Positions 10,311 to 19,673 of a stretch of 64,000 nt of DNA are shown one piece after another. Source of the stretch: Patescibacteria group bacterium (GTDB taxonomy: Bacteria; Patescibacteriota; Minisyncoccia; Phycocordibacterales; Phycocordibacteraceae). The notes beneath the pieces are model-generated. The model was not told the origin of the DNA, did not search any database, and was given only the letters and a program-made list of their open reading frames with translations. A program made the translations under genes and the position numbers. Within the stretch, counting starts at the first letter, position 1. Every line of letters begins with the position of its first letter. The stretch lies in the NCBI GenBank assembly GCA_004322365.1, contig SCTS01000006.1, positions 160,756 through 224,755 of the forward strand, written 5' to 3'.

Positions 10311-10972
10311 GGATTTGTTACTGAAATCTGACCGGTTGAGGCAACTTTAACCGTGCGCGTTTCACCTGATGGAGATGTCACTACTATTTTGCCACTTGAA
10401 TACACAGTAGAAGTATTGGAAGAAAATAAAGCGTCTGGATCAGGTCTAAAAAAGACAACATCTAGATGATCAATCCCACTCGGAGAACATTCTTGAACTC
10501 CGCTTGCCGTGATGCCACAAAAACTTTTTACGGTGTGACCACGACTAATTGAAAATGTCTGCACAATTGAATCAATTCCACTGTCGTAGCGTTTATTTGC
10601 ATTTGTATCAACAAAAAATGTATATGAGGATGCGCCAGCAAAACGGAGGCCATATCCAACCTGGAAATTACTACCGTATTGTTTTACAGACAAACCATAC
10701 ACCTGTGCCTCACGAATCGATAGCGCAATATCATACGCAAGACTTCCAAGAAGAACGGAGCTATTAAAACGAGAGTGGTTTGCAAGAACCACGAGTGAAA
10801 TGATAGAAAAAATACCCATCACCACAAGAAGCTCAATGAGTGTTAAGCCACGAACGACGAAAGATTTTTTAATCCTCCCTGAAAGCTGAGTGTTCCCTTC
10901 GGAACCGACGAAGCGTCGCCTAGAAGCTGGAAGCTGGTTGTTCATTGGAACCATAATAGATTGGCGAGCCAC
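10307..10972 (-). CDS. Minor pilin / pseudopilin (prepilin-type N-terminal domain)
   Basis: RGLTLIELLVVMGIFSI. The real start is probably the ATG at 10945 (MNNQLPAS...), whose ATGA overlaps the pilD stop. The leader contains a (GAAGCTG)2 heptamer array and a 24-nt repeated motif. Confidence 0.7.
   Translation of the reverse strand: MARQSIMVPMNNQLPASRRRFVGSEGNTQLSGRIKKSFVVRGLTLIELLVVMGIFSIISLVVLANHSRFNSSVLLGSLAYDIALSIREAQVYGLSVKQYGSNFQVGYGLRFAGASSYTFFVDTNANKRYDSGIDSIVQTFSISRGHTVKSFCGITASGVQECSPSGIDHLDVVFFRPDPDALFSSNTSTVYSSGKIVVTSPSGETRTVKVASTGQISVTNP
10922..10937. repeat. Heptanucleotide tandem repeat (GAAGCTG) x2 plus adjacent copy 1 of the 24-nt motif CGGAnCCGACGAAGCGTCGCCTA
   Basis: Repeat at 10922-10937 and motif at about 10899-10922 (22 of 24 nt identical to copy 2). 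Both lie inside the leader coding sequence of ORF 10307-10972. The motif recurs at 41341-41363. Confidence 0.85.
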
Positions 10973-11787
10973 GACCCAAGTGAGAGCGGTGAAAGCGTCG
11001 TGAAGAGAGCGAGGCCAATGCCAAAAGCAAGAAATGGCACGAACGGCAACTCTGTTTTCATGGTAACCCGGGCACCGTGAGGCAACAATCTTTTTTTTGA
11101 ATGAATAGAGGATAAAAGAAAAATTATCAAGTAAACAATTGTTGCAGACCAGACTCCAAACATAACTGATTCAATACCTCGAAACAGTCCGAGTAAGAGC
11201 CCGGCCGCACCAACAACATATGCGTCACCGACGCCCATACCTCGCCCACGAGTAACAAGAACAATACTGAAAAAACCACCAAACAAGACGGCACCGCCAA
11301 TAAGGGAATCAACAAGTGGAAAAAACGAATTGCTAAACAAACTCTGTGCGATAGAAGCTACAAGCGCTGAACCAGCAAGCATATACACAAAAGGCATAGG
11401 CACTAATGTGTGTCGTGTGTCGTATGCAACTAAAGCTACCAAAGATGCGAGAAAAACAAGGAGCATGGCGAATGCCAGAATTGACCAGAGCGATAAAACA
11501 GGTGGCATTATAAAAAATGCCACTAAAAAAAGAAGTCCGACTATACCCTCAATCAATGGATATTGAATCGAAAGCGCGCTTCCACATGTGCGACAACGGC
11601 CTGATAGCGCCACATACGAAAAAATAGGGATTAGGTCATACCAAGAGATTGGCATGTCGCATGCCATACAACACGAACGCGGACGAGAATGTTCGATGAA
11701 GCCAAAGCGAAACACTTGAACATTAACAAAGCTTCCAACACAGAGTCCGATACCGAACACAAAAAGCGGGAGAAGTACTTCAAGCAT
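10942..11787 (-). CDS. pilD: Prepilin peptidase PilD (A24 family)
   Basis: 281 aa polytopic membrane protein. N-terminal CxxC...CxxC zinc motif (CCMACDM...CRTCGS) and a GVGDAYV aspartyl-protease region. Confidence 0.85.
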   Translation of the reverse strand: MLEVLLPLFVFGIGLCVGSFVNVQVFRFGFIEHSRPRSCCMACDMPISWYDLIPIFSYVALSGRCRTCGSALSIQYPLIEGIVGLLFLVAFFIMPPVLSLWSILAFAMLLVFLASLVALVAYDTRHTLVPMPFVYMLAGSALVASIAQSLFSNSFFPLVDSLIGGAVLFGGFFSIVLVTRGRGMGVGDAYVVGAAGLLLGLFRGIESVMFGVWSATIVYLIIFLLSSIHSKKRLLPHGARVTMKTELPFVPFLAFGIGLALFTTLSPLSLGSWLANLLWFQ

Positions 11788-11873
11788 ACAGAGAAGTATA
11801 CCTCGTGAGATAACCCGCTAACACGAATTAAAAAATCCCCCAATTGGGGGATTTTTTAAAAAGGAAAAACTCT

Positions 11874-12326
11874 CTACGGCTTTACATCAAAGATTGGATC
11901 CGTACCTGCAAAGTCGGCACTGGAGCCAGTACAAATGGTACCCGCAGCTGCGTCGATGTCTCCAGTAAGAGCCTGGTTGGTAGTCTCTTCGAAGGTTGCA
12001 CCGAGGTGGTAGCTCGTACAAGAAGCGCCAGTACCAAGCGCTGCGTATCTGTAGGCTGCATTGCCTACAGGGTCAGTAGGAACAACACCGATGTAGGTAG
12101 GAGCAAGGCCTGCAAGTGTCGTTGGGTATGCTGAAGAGTTTGAGTCAGAGTAAAGAGCGAGTGCGATCTGTAGTTGTTTGATGTCAGAGACACGGCGTGC
12201 ATCGCGTGATTTCAAACGAGCAGTGTTCAGAGATGCCAACACGACCGATGAGAGGATACCAATGATGGCAATAACGACGAGGAGTTCGATGAGGGTGAAA
12301 CCTCGTTTTGTTGAAGTAAGGTTCAT
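11874..12326 (-). CDS. pilA: Major type IV pilin
   Basis: 150 aa with KRGFTLIELLVVIAIIGILSSVVLASL, ARDARRVSDIKQLQIALALY and C-terminal Cys residues. Confidence 0.8.
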   Translation of the reverse strand: MNLTSTKRGFTLIELLVVIAIIGILSSVVLASLNTARLKSRDARRVSDIKQLQIALALYSDSNSSAYPTTLAGLAPTYIGVVPTDPVGNAAYRYAALGTGASCTSYHLGATFEETTNQALTGDIDAAAGTICTGSSADFAGTDPIFDVKP

Positions 12327-12344
12327 GGTTTTATGAATGGATTT

Positions 12345-13553
12345 TTAAATCGCAGCAGAAAGATTGTAAATCGGCACCAAGACCGATGCTAATAGTATAC
12401 CAACCCCTAAGCCTAGAGTAACAATCATAATTGGCTCAATAAGACCAACGAGTGTATCTACGCTCGTTGAAACCTCTCTTTGATAAAACTTCGCAAGGGT
12501 CTTTAAAATACTACCTAATTCACCCGTCTCTTCACCGACGCGCATCATCGCAACCATAATTCCAGGTACTTCTTTGCGTTTTTCGAGAGCCCCAGATACG
12601 GAGCCTCCTCCTTTCACTGAAGTTGCAACTTCTTGCAAAATATCTGCATAGACTGCATTGCCTACAACATTTGCTGTCACATCCACAGCTTGCACCACAG
12701 AAATACCCGACCCGAGCATCGTGGCAAGATTGTCAGCGATGCGCGATAGATAGAGCTTCTTGTACAAATCGCCCACATAGGGAATAGCGAGTTCAAACGA
12801 ACTGAACGATGCTCGTCCTTGAGGTGTACCTGCGTAGCGGAAAAGAAAGACACCTCCAACAACGAGAAGTATGAGAAGGAATATGCCGTAGTTCACAAAA
12901 AAGTTACTGATAGCTATGACTACCTGTGTGTACACGGGTATTGCTTGTCCTGCATCAATAAGAATTGAAGAAATACGTGGGATGACCATGGTCATCATAA
13001 GGATCATAACGACAAAGAATGTTGCTATAACAAACGCTGGGTAGATGAGTGCATTTTTTGCTTTACTCATCACTTCGTATGATCGATCAAGATAGTCAGC
13101 AAGATAGAGGAATGTCTCATCAAGCTTACCTGACTCTTCACCAGCCTTCACCATGTTCACATAAAATGCACTGAACACTTTTGGATGTTTTGAAAGCGCT
13201 TTAGATATTGGACTACCTGACTGAAGATCATCCCCTACCTCGGTCAAGACCCTACCCAAAAGAGGCTTCTCAGATTCTGACGCAAGGAGACGAAACACGC
13301 GAAGTGCGGAGACTTGTGCTTCAAACAATGTTGCGATTTGGCGTGACAATAAAACAATGTCGCGATTCGTAACACTTTCAAACAAAGTAATACCACCCAA
13401 GAAAGATTTTTTTTCAGGATCAGACTCTTCAATTGCTGAAATAGTGAGGGATCGACGCTGTAGTGAAGCAATGGCAACATCACGGGATATTGCATCAATG
13501 CTCCCTTCTTGCTTTGCTCCACTCGCATCAATTGCTTGGTATTTAAAGAGCAT
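12345..13553 (-). CDS. pilC: Type IV pilus assembly platform protein PilC (GspF family)
   Basis: 402 aa with two GspF-like repeats and three TM segments. Confidence 0.85.
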   Translation of the reverse strand: MLFKYQAIDASGAKQEGSIDAISRDVAIASLQRRSLTISAIEESDPEKKSFLGGITLFESVTNRDIVLLSRQIATLFEAQVSALRVFRLLASESEKPLLGRVLTEVGDDLQSGSPISKALSKHPKVFSAFYVNMVKAGEESGKLDETFLYLADYLDRSYEVMSKAKNALIYPAFVIATFFVVMILMMTMVIPRISSILIDAGQAIPVYTQVVIAISNFFVNYGIFLLILLVVGGVFLFRYAGTPQGRASFSSFELAIPYVGDLYKKLYLSRIADNLATMLGSGISVVQAVDVTANVVGNAVYADILQEVATSVKGGGSVSGALEKRKEVPGIMVAMMRVGEETGELGSILKTLAKFYQREVSTSVDTLVGLIEPIMIVTLGLGVGILLASVLVPIYNLSAAI

Positions 13554-13565
13554 ACAATCTATATA

Positions 13566-14627
13566 TTACATAAGGCGCGAAAATGCCTTAGGATTCCACG
13601 TTCTCGAAAGTGCATTCTCTGGCGTAACTTCTCCGCGACGTACCAAGTCCGCAAGACAGCGATTCATATCAATCATCCCCGACTCTGTACCTGTTTCAAT
13701 CACTGCATTAATTTCATGGGTACGCTTTTCACGGATAAGATTTGCCACTGCGTCATTATTAATCAAGAGCTCGTAGGCAGGAATGAGGCCTCCAGATATT
13801 CGTGGGACAAGTCTCTGTGAGAATATCCCTGCCAATGATGCAGCAAGTTGAAGACGAATTTGATCCTGCTGACCTGTTGGAAATGTATCGATAATGCGAT
13901 CAATAGTCTGAGCAGCATTGTTGGTGTGAAGCGTTGAAAGCACAAGGTGTCCAGTTTCAGCTGCGGTCACTGCTGCTGCCATGGTCTCAGGTCCACGCAT
14001 TTCCCCTACCATGAGCACATTAATGTCTTCACGGAACGCAGACAGAAGAGCCGCTTGAAATGTTTTAGTGTCGAGCCGCACCTCACGCTGATTGATAATT
14101 GAGTTTTTCGATGTGAACATGTATTCAATCGGATCCTCAATAGTAATAATGTGCTCAGTGCGTGTTTGATTTATTTTTTCCACCATTGATGCAAGTGTTG
14201 TTGATTTTCCTTGACCAACAGGACCTACAACCAAGAAGAAACCTTGTTGTAATTGGCAAAATGTCTCAAGAATTGGCGGTAACCCTAATTCTTCAAGTGA
14301 CTTAATCTCTTTCGGAATCAAACGGAGCGCAATGGACACTGTTCCTTGTTGAAAGAATGCATTGCCGCGAAACCTCATTTGATCTTTATACTGATACGAA
14401 AAATCTACCTCTTGATCTTGCTTAAATGATTGTAATTTTTCTGGTGGAATGAGTGCGCCCAAGATTCCGAGAGTGTCTTCAGGTGTATATTTTGCACGCT
14501 TCAAAAGTGGTATAAGCGTACCTGAAGTGCGAATGATTGGGTTAGAATTTGCAGTTACATGTAAATCGGATGCTCCTTCAGCAATAACAGTATCTATAAG
14601 CGACTCAAGTTCGGATTTGTATTCCAT
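13566..14627 (-). CDS. pilT: Twitching motility retraction ATPase PilT
   Basis: 353 aa with SDLHV, Walker A GPVGQGKSTTLASMV and Asp/His boxes. Confidence 0.85.
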   Translation of the reverse strand: MEYKSELESLIDTVIAEGASDLHVTANSNPIIRTSGTLIPLLKRAKYTPEDTLGILGALIPPEKLQSFKQDQEVDFSYQYKDQMRFRGNAFFQQGTVSIALRLIPKEIKSLEELGLPPILETFCQLQQGFFLVVGPVGQGKSTTLASMVEKINQTRTEHIITIEDPIEYMFTSKNSIINQREVRLDTKTFQAALLSAFREDINVLMVGEMRGPETMAAAVTAAETGHLVLSTLHTNNAAQTIDRIIDTFPTGQQDQIRLQLAASLAGIFSQRLVPRISGGLIPAYELLINNDAVANLIREKRTHEINAVIETGTESGMIDMNRCLADLVRRGEVTPENALSRTWNPKAFSRLM

Positions 14628-14629
14628 AA

Positions 14630-15031
14630 TTATGTAAGATGCGTCGCAGCAATTGCCAATGTTTTTTGCAAAACCTCAGAAGGTATCGAGCTTGCCTTAA
14701 TGATGTAGCCAGATGCACCAAACTTCAATCCTTTGTCTATGTCCTCCTGAAGGCCTTGATTGGTAAGCATGACAATTACTGCACCTTTCGCAAGATTTTC
14801 TTTTTTAATTATCTCCAAAAGCTCAAACCCTGATACCCCCGGCATGACAACATCAAGCAGAATAATGTTCGGCAAAAAACCTTTTCGCAGTTTTTCAAGG
14901 GCAAGATTAGGGTCTGGAATTGCTTCAACAGTATGCCCTTCGTTTTTAAATTTCAATGTATACATATCTAAAAGAAACCGATCGTCATCGACGAGAAGAA
15001 TGGAATAGTTTTTTTGAGTAGTTGGCTCCAT
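14630..15031 (-). CDS. Stand-alone CheY-like response regulator receiver protein
   Basis: 133 aa with ILLVDDD, a phospho-acceptor Asp (LLDVVMPGVSG) and a C-terminal conserved Lys. Embedded between pilB and pilT. Confidence 0.75.
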   Translation of the reverse strand: MEPTTQKNYSILLVDDDRFLLDMYTLKFKNEGHTVEAIPDPNLALEKLRKGFLPNIILLDVVMPGVSGFELLEIIKKENLAKGAVIVMLTNQGLQEDIDKGLKFGASGYIIKASSIPSEVLQKTLAIAATHLT

Positions 15032-15033
15032 AA

Positions 15034-16812
15034 TTACGGCAATTTTTCGTCGGCTTCCTCGTCTCGAAGAAGTTCACCGCCAAGGGTGTTCACTTCTTCG
15101 AAAGGAATAGTACCTTTGAGCATTTTCATAATAGCATCCTCTTTCATCGTAAACATGCCTTGTGCACGCGCTACTTTGTACAATTCATCTTCAATTGGGT
15201 TAGCAAGAATGGTGTGCTCTAGTTCAGGCGATGTAGGCAACATTTCAAACACCGCAACACGCCCACGAGTACCGTTAGCGCACGTTGGAGATGGAGCAAT
15301 CCCATAGACAGTTTTTGCTGCAGGAAGTTTTTTCTTAAATTCAGCAGGTATATCAGCGAATTCTTTTTCAATCATAGTAGCCACAGCACCCTCAAAAGGA
15401 ATAGGTTTACCAGCATCTTCACAGCGAAGCCGAACGAGTCTTTGTGCAATAGACAGAATAAGTGTTGGTGCAATCAAGTACGGGTCAACGCCCATGTCAA
15501 CAAGTCGGGGCACGATACCAATTGCATTATTAGTGTGGAGCGTGGTGAGAACTAGGTGTCCGGTGAGTGCTGCTTGAATGGCAAGCTGCGCTGTCTCTTT
15601 ATCGCGAATTTCTCCCACCATGATGATGTTAGGGTCTTGACGCAATATGGAACGCAGTCCCGACGCGAATGTATAGCCAATTTCTGGACGCACCTGTGAC
15701 TGCGACACACCGTCGATGTCATATTCTACTGGATCTTCAAGAGAGACAACATTCATTCCTTCACGATCAAGCTCCTGGAGCATCGCGTAGAGCGTCGTCG
15801 ATTTACCAGAACCTGTTGGACCAGAAATAACAATAATTCCATAGGGTTTTTTAATTGCTTTTCGAATCGTTTCAGAGTTTTCGTCCGTCAGTCCAATGTC
15901 ATTGAGTTTCTGTGTTTGAAGTCGACGATCCAAAATACGCATCACCACCTTTTCGCCGTGATAGGTTGGAAATGTTGATACACGAAAGTCTACGCGCCTG
16001 GCATCTATGGTTGCAGAAAAACGGCCATCTTGTGGTTTTCTTCTCTCGTCAAGCTTAAGGGATGAAAGCACCTTAATACGTGCAATAACAGAACGCTCTA
16101 GGTTTTTAGGTAATCTGAGCGACGTATAGAGCACGCCATCAACACGAAAACGGACCTTCAATTCCTCTCGCGTTGGTTCTATGTGAATGTCGGACGCCTT
16201 ACCGTCAACAGCATACCGAAGAATAGTTGCAACAATTTTTGTAACAGGAGCATCTTCTTTTATTTTGACATTTCCCTTTTCAGCATCAGTAAGTTTCTCG
16301 CTTGGTGCTTCTTCAAGAGCCACACTGAGTTCATCGTCATCTCTAGCAGTGCTTTGCAACTCCCCAAGTGCCTGCCCCACCTCACCAGAAAGACCTTTGT
16401 ACATTCCAATAATTTTGTCGAAGTCTTCATCGGAGATAAGAAATATCTTATACGGAACATTCGTACGCGAAGCAATGAAATTAAGGGCTTCTACTGCGTC
16501 AAGGTTATCTGGATCAGTAGTGCCAACCTCAAGCACACCATCGTTCAGCGCGAGGGGAGCGAAGCGGTAATGACGAGCAGATTCTTCTGGAATATAGTTC
16601 AGTACCGCAAAAGGGACGACGTCCTCACCAATCTCATGCGTTGGTACTGAGTAATACTCACCACGAGCACTAAGAATGTCACTTGCTGACACCCCCCTAT
16701 CTAAGAGGGCCTTCTCAAGAGTTTTGGAACTTGTTGCAATCTCCTCTTTAATACCCGCAAGAGCATTTTTATCAACGAGACCTTTCTCCGAGAGGAGGGA
16801 AAGAACATCCAT
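15034..16812 (-). CDS. pilB: Type IV pilus assembly ATPase PilB (GspE family)
   Basis: 592 aa. N-terminal GSPII_E_N-like domain and Walker A GPTGSGKSTTLYAML. Confidence 0.9.
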   Translation of the reverse strand: MDVLSLLSEKGLVDKNALAGIKEEIATSSKTLEKALLDRGVSASDILSARGEYYSVPTHEIGEDVVPFAVLNYIPEESARHYRFAPLALNDGVLEVGTTDPDNLDAVEALNFIASRTNVPYKIFLISDEDFDKIIGMYKGLSGEVGQALGELQSTARDDDELSVALEEAPSEKLTDAEKGNVKIKEDAPVTKIVATILRYAVDGKASDIHIEPTREELKVRFRVDGVLYTSLRLPKNLERSVIARIKVLSSLKLDERRKPQDGRFSATIDARRVDFRVSTFPTYHGEKVVMRILDRRLQTQKLNDIGLTDENSETIRKAIKKPYGIIVISGPTGSGKSTTLYAMLQELDREGMNVVSLEDPVEYDIDGVSQSQVRPEIGYTFASGLRSILRQDPNIIMVGEIRDKETAQLAIQAALTGHLVLTTLHTNNAIGIVPRLVDMGVDPYLIAPTLILSIAQRLVRLRCEDAGKPIPFEGAVATMIEKEFADIPAEFKKKLPAAKTVYGIAPSPTCANGTRGRVAVFEMLPTSPELEHTILANPIEDELYKVARAQGMFTMKEDAIMKMLKGTIPFEEVNTLGGELLRDEEADEKLP

Positions 16813-16816
16813 AGCG

Positions 16817-17155
16817 TTATCTCACTTGCGGAGTGAGCTGTTTAGCCCCCAGTGGAGCAAAGGGGTTGTTGCGTCCGACTGGTTCTTGTACGAGTTCTTG
16901 GCTAAAATCTTGTAAACTTTTAAAGGCAGGGTCTGAAAAAATAGCGTCATCGAGCTTAATTGATTTAAGCTGAAGAAGAATCGCTATAAGATCCTGATCG
17001 ACAGAAGGGACAGCTGACACTTCTTGTGCCGACAATACAGGCTCGGCTGGTTTCGCAAAGAAATATGAATATACAACAAAAGCAATGGCGATTACGAGTA
17101 CCACTATAATGACCGTTTTGAATTTTTTAAATAAATCAATCATGGTTTGAGCCAA
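16817..17155 (-). CDS. Small membrane-anchored pilus-operon protein (possibly PilP-like)
   Basis: 112 aa with an N-terminal TM. Position-based inference. Confidence 0.4.
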   Translation of the reverse strand: MAQTMIDLFKKFKTVIIVVLVIAIAFVVYSYFFAKPAEPVLSAQEVSAVPSVDQDLIAILLQLKSIKLDDAIFSDPAFKSLQDFSQELVQEPVGRNNPFAPLGAKQLTPQVR

Positions 17156-17682
17156 TAGGTTTTAATATGGAAGGTGAATTCGTAAATACCTGTCTCATTT
17201 GCAGTGAAAGAAAGACCTACCACATCCACAAGACGCAGACTCTTCTCTAGATCAGCAAGGTATTGTCTGAATGTATCGTAAGAACCACTGACATTGAAAG
17301 ACAAAATAACGGACTCGTAGGTCTTCTCATCAGGGCCTATCTGCCCCCTACTGACTCGCTCTTTCGGAGTTTCAATAACTACATTTCTGACACGCATACC
17401 GTATTTGGTCGCCATGCTATCAAAATCAAGTATGAGTCGTACATTATCAACATGGTCGGGCACCAGTTTCTGTAGACGAGCTAAATCTATCTGGGGAAAT
17501 GTGTTGTAGCGACTCAAGAGTTGATCACGAACATCTTGAAGCTCTCTAGAGCGCGACAGTGCAGCATCAAATTGCGCTTGTTCAGCTAACGAATCTTGGA
17601 GACCGAGATATGTTGGATTTATATACCAAAAAAATATTGCGCCAGCGAGACCTAGAAAAAGAATTGGGGTAAAAAGTTTCAT
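17140..17682 (-). CDS. PilO-like pilus assembly protein
   Basis: 180 aa with an N-terminal TM followed by a coiled coil, in operon context. Confidence 0.55.
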   Translation of the reverse strand: MKLFTPILFLGLAGAIFFWYINPTYLGLQDSLAEQAQFDAALSRSRELQDVRDQLLSRYNTFPQIDLARLQKLVPDHVDNVRLILDFDSMATKYGMRVRNVVIETPKERVSRGQIGPDEKTYESVILSFNVSGSYDTFRQYLADLEKSLRLVDVVGLSFTANETGIYEFTFHIKTYWLKP

Positions 17683-18320
17683 ATTCCTTGTGGTGATGTT
17701 GGTGGCACACTTGTAGGTAAAGCTTCAGTGGGAGCCGCACTCACTCCCGTGTACCCTATACGAGTCGTATCAATGACTGCCGTGAACTCAAACAGTATGC
17801 TGCCAGTCTTCGATATATTCACATTTGAGAACACTGGGTCGGTAATGATACTACTCTTACTAAATGCATCTGACTGGAGTGCAACCGCGTTAAAACTAGC
17901 TGCTTCACCAGATGCTGAGAGTAGAGTTCTGGTTGGGTCTGCGATGTCATAAGAAAAATTACTAAATCGTACATTGGTCAGCATAAGCTTCTCAAGTTCA
18001 TCAAAAAGTTGTGAGAGAGCCGTGTGATTTTTAAGAAGAGTACTCCCTGCTGCAATCCTTGTATCAAGGCGCGAAAGTTCTTTTATGGTTGCAGGTTCAA
18101 AGGCTGCACGCGAACGCTCCAAAGATTGACGTTTACTTTCAACTGACTGTATTAAATATTTTTCAAAACCAAAAATACCACCTGCAGAAAGAATCGTCAC
18201 AATAAGAATTGCGCCAGCAATTATGTTTACAAGTGCAACAGGGTTTGCTCGTTTGGCTTCAGTGCGTTCAACTTTGAGCGCAGCCTTAGGTATAAAAGAT
18301 GTCGTGACACGATCGTCCAT
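17679..18320 (-). CDS. PilN-like pilus assembly protein
   Basis: 213 aa with a short cytoplasmic N-terminus, a TM and a periplasmic coiled coil, directly downstream of pilM. Confidence 0.55.
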   Translation of the reverse strand: MDDRVTTSFIPKAALKVERTEAKRANPVALVNIIAGAILIVTILSAGGIFGFEKYLIQSVESKRQSLERSRAAFEPATIKELSRLDTRIAAGSTLLKNHTALSQLFDELEKLMLTNVRFSNFSYDIADPTRTLLSASGEAASFNAVALQSDAFSKSSIITDPVFSNVNISKTGSILFEFTAVIDTTRIGYTGVSAAPTEALPTSVPPTSPQGI

Positions 18321-18344
18321 GTGGAAAGTGTAACATCTTAAAAA

Positions 18345-18428
18345 AGCTGCCAGCTTTCAGCTGCCAGCTTTCAGTGGAAATTACTAAATTCTTAAAGCTG
18401 AAACCTGACAGCCGACACCTGAAAGCTA
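18345..18428. repeat. Heptamer-based repeat block (AGCTGCC/AGCTTTC alternating, then GCTGAAA/CCTGACA/CCTGAAA) in the pilM-pilN intergenic region
   Basis: Sequence agctgccagctttcagctgccagctttcag...aagctgaaacctgacagccgacacctgaaagct. Forms a 114-nt spacer inside the pilus operon. Confidence 0.8.
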
Positions 18429-18434
18429 ATTAAG

Positions 18435-19574
18435 TTACTGATGCAACGCACGAAGTGCGAGTCCAACAGCAGAAGCAAATGATGGGCCAGCGCCTTTGAG
18501 TACGTCAGAGATAAACGCGGGTGCAGCTAATTTTTCAAACGGAGAAGCAATGACAATCCGTGCATCAAAAGAACGCGAAGCTATCTCCTTCAAGCCTTTC
18601 AAAGAAGCTCCTCCTCCTACAAGAACTACTTGCGACACCGCCTTCCCTTCTTTGCGTTGGTACGTCAACAAAATACGACGAGCTTCAGCAAATATGAAAT
18701 CAAGCGCCGCAGATCCCACCTCAGATTCGGACAAGCCTTTATCCCTTTTTATATTTTCAGCCTCTTGAAATGTAGCGCCCATTGACTTTGCCAACGAGAG
18801 CGTTAAATCTTGTCCACCACGACCTATGGTGTGTGAAACATCGATAATGCCAAATTCAATAATATATACACGGGTCGATGATGCTCCCATATCAATAATC
18901 ATTGCAGGCGCAGTGGTATGTTCATAGGAAGCTCGCCCCATGCTAAATGGCTCTACCTCAAAAAATCGCGGAGTGATAGCGGCAGCTTCTGTAACAAGCT
19001 GATATTTAGCAAGGACTGCGTTGTGAATCGCGACAAGAAGCACATCGGTTGAGTGATCTGATTTTGGAACGCCACCTTGTGGACTCAAAAATTTTGCTTC
19101 TTCCTCAGGTATCACAAACCAGTCGAGCGCCACTTCTGTAATTGGCACAGGAATATATTTGCGAGCCTCTATTGGAATCATAGTTGCCAAATCGGCATGA
19201 TCTTTTGTAGGGAGCGTGATGACATTAATGAGACTTCCAGAAAGTGGTACCGAGAATCCGCCAATTTTTGCTGTCACGTTTGCCTCACGGAGCACGTCTT
19301 TCAAGGCTTCCCCAATTTTTTCAGGTGGAGGCATCACCGATTGCCCTACTTCGGCATTTGCATATGGGCCGAGTGCAATCTCCCCGTAGGTCTCCAATAC
19401 CGCACTCCCCTTCACCTCCTTTACCTGCACAATTTTAATGGATGAAGTCCCAATGTCCACCCCAAGAACACTCTCGCCATCTTTCACACTAAAAGATGAA
19501 GCGAGCTGTTTAAATTTTTCAGACAGTGTGCTGAGGGAGAAATCCATACGAGAGACTACGAACGCTGGGTACAA
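18435..19574 (-). CDS. pilM: Type IV pilus assembly protein PilM (actin-like ATPase)
   Basis: 379 aa with LGVDIGTSSIKIV and an FtsA/PilM fold signature. Confidence 0.8.
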   Translation of the reverse strand: MYPAFVVSRMDFSLSTLSEKFKQLASSFSVKDGESVLGVDIGTSSIKIVQVKEVKGSAVLETYGEIALGPYANAEVGQSVMPPPEKIGEALKDVLREANVTAKIGGFSVPLSGSLINVITLPTKDHADLATMIPIEARKYIPVPITEVALDWFVIPEEEAKFLSPQGGVPKSDHSTDVLLVAIHNAVLAKYQLVTEAAAITPRFFEVEPFSMGRASYEHTTAPAMIIDMGASSTRVYIIEFGIIDVSHTIGRGGQDLTLSLAKSMGATFQEAENIKRDKGLSESEVGSAALDFIFAEARRILLTYQRKEGKAVSQVVLVGGGASLKGLKEIASRSFDARIVIASPFEKLAAPAFISDVLKGAGPSFASAVGLALRALHQ

Positions 19575-19673
19575 AGACTAATAATTATCATGGTGAATCC
19601 CTATGTCTCCCGTAGCCCTCTCCTAGAGTGGAATCAAATCTAAGTCAGGGAGTACAATGTTTCCAAGTATATC

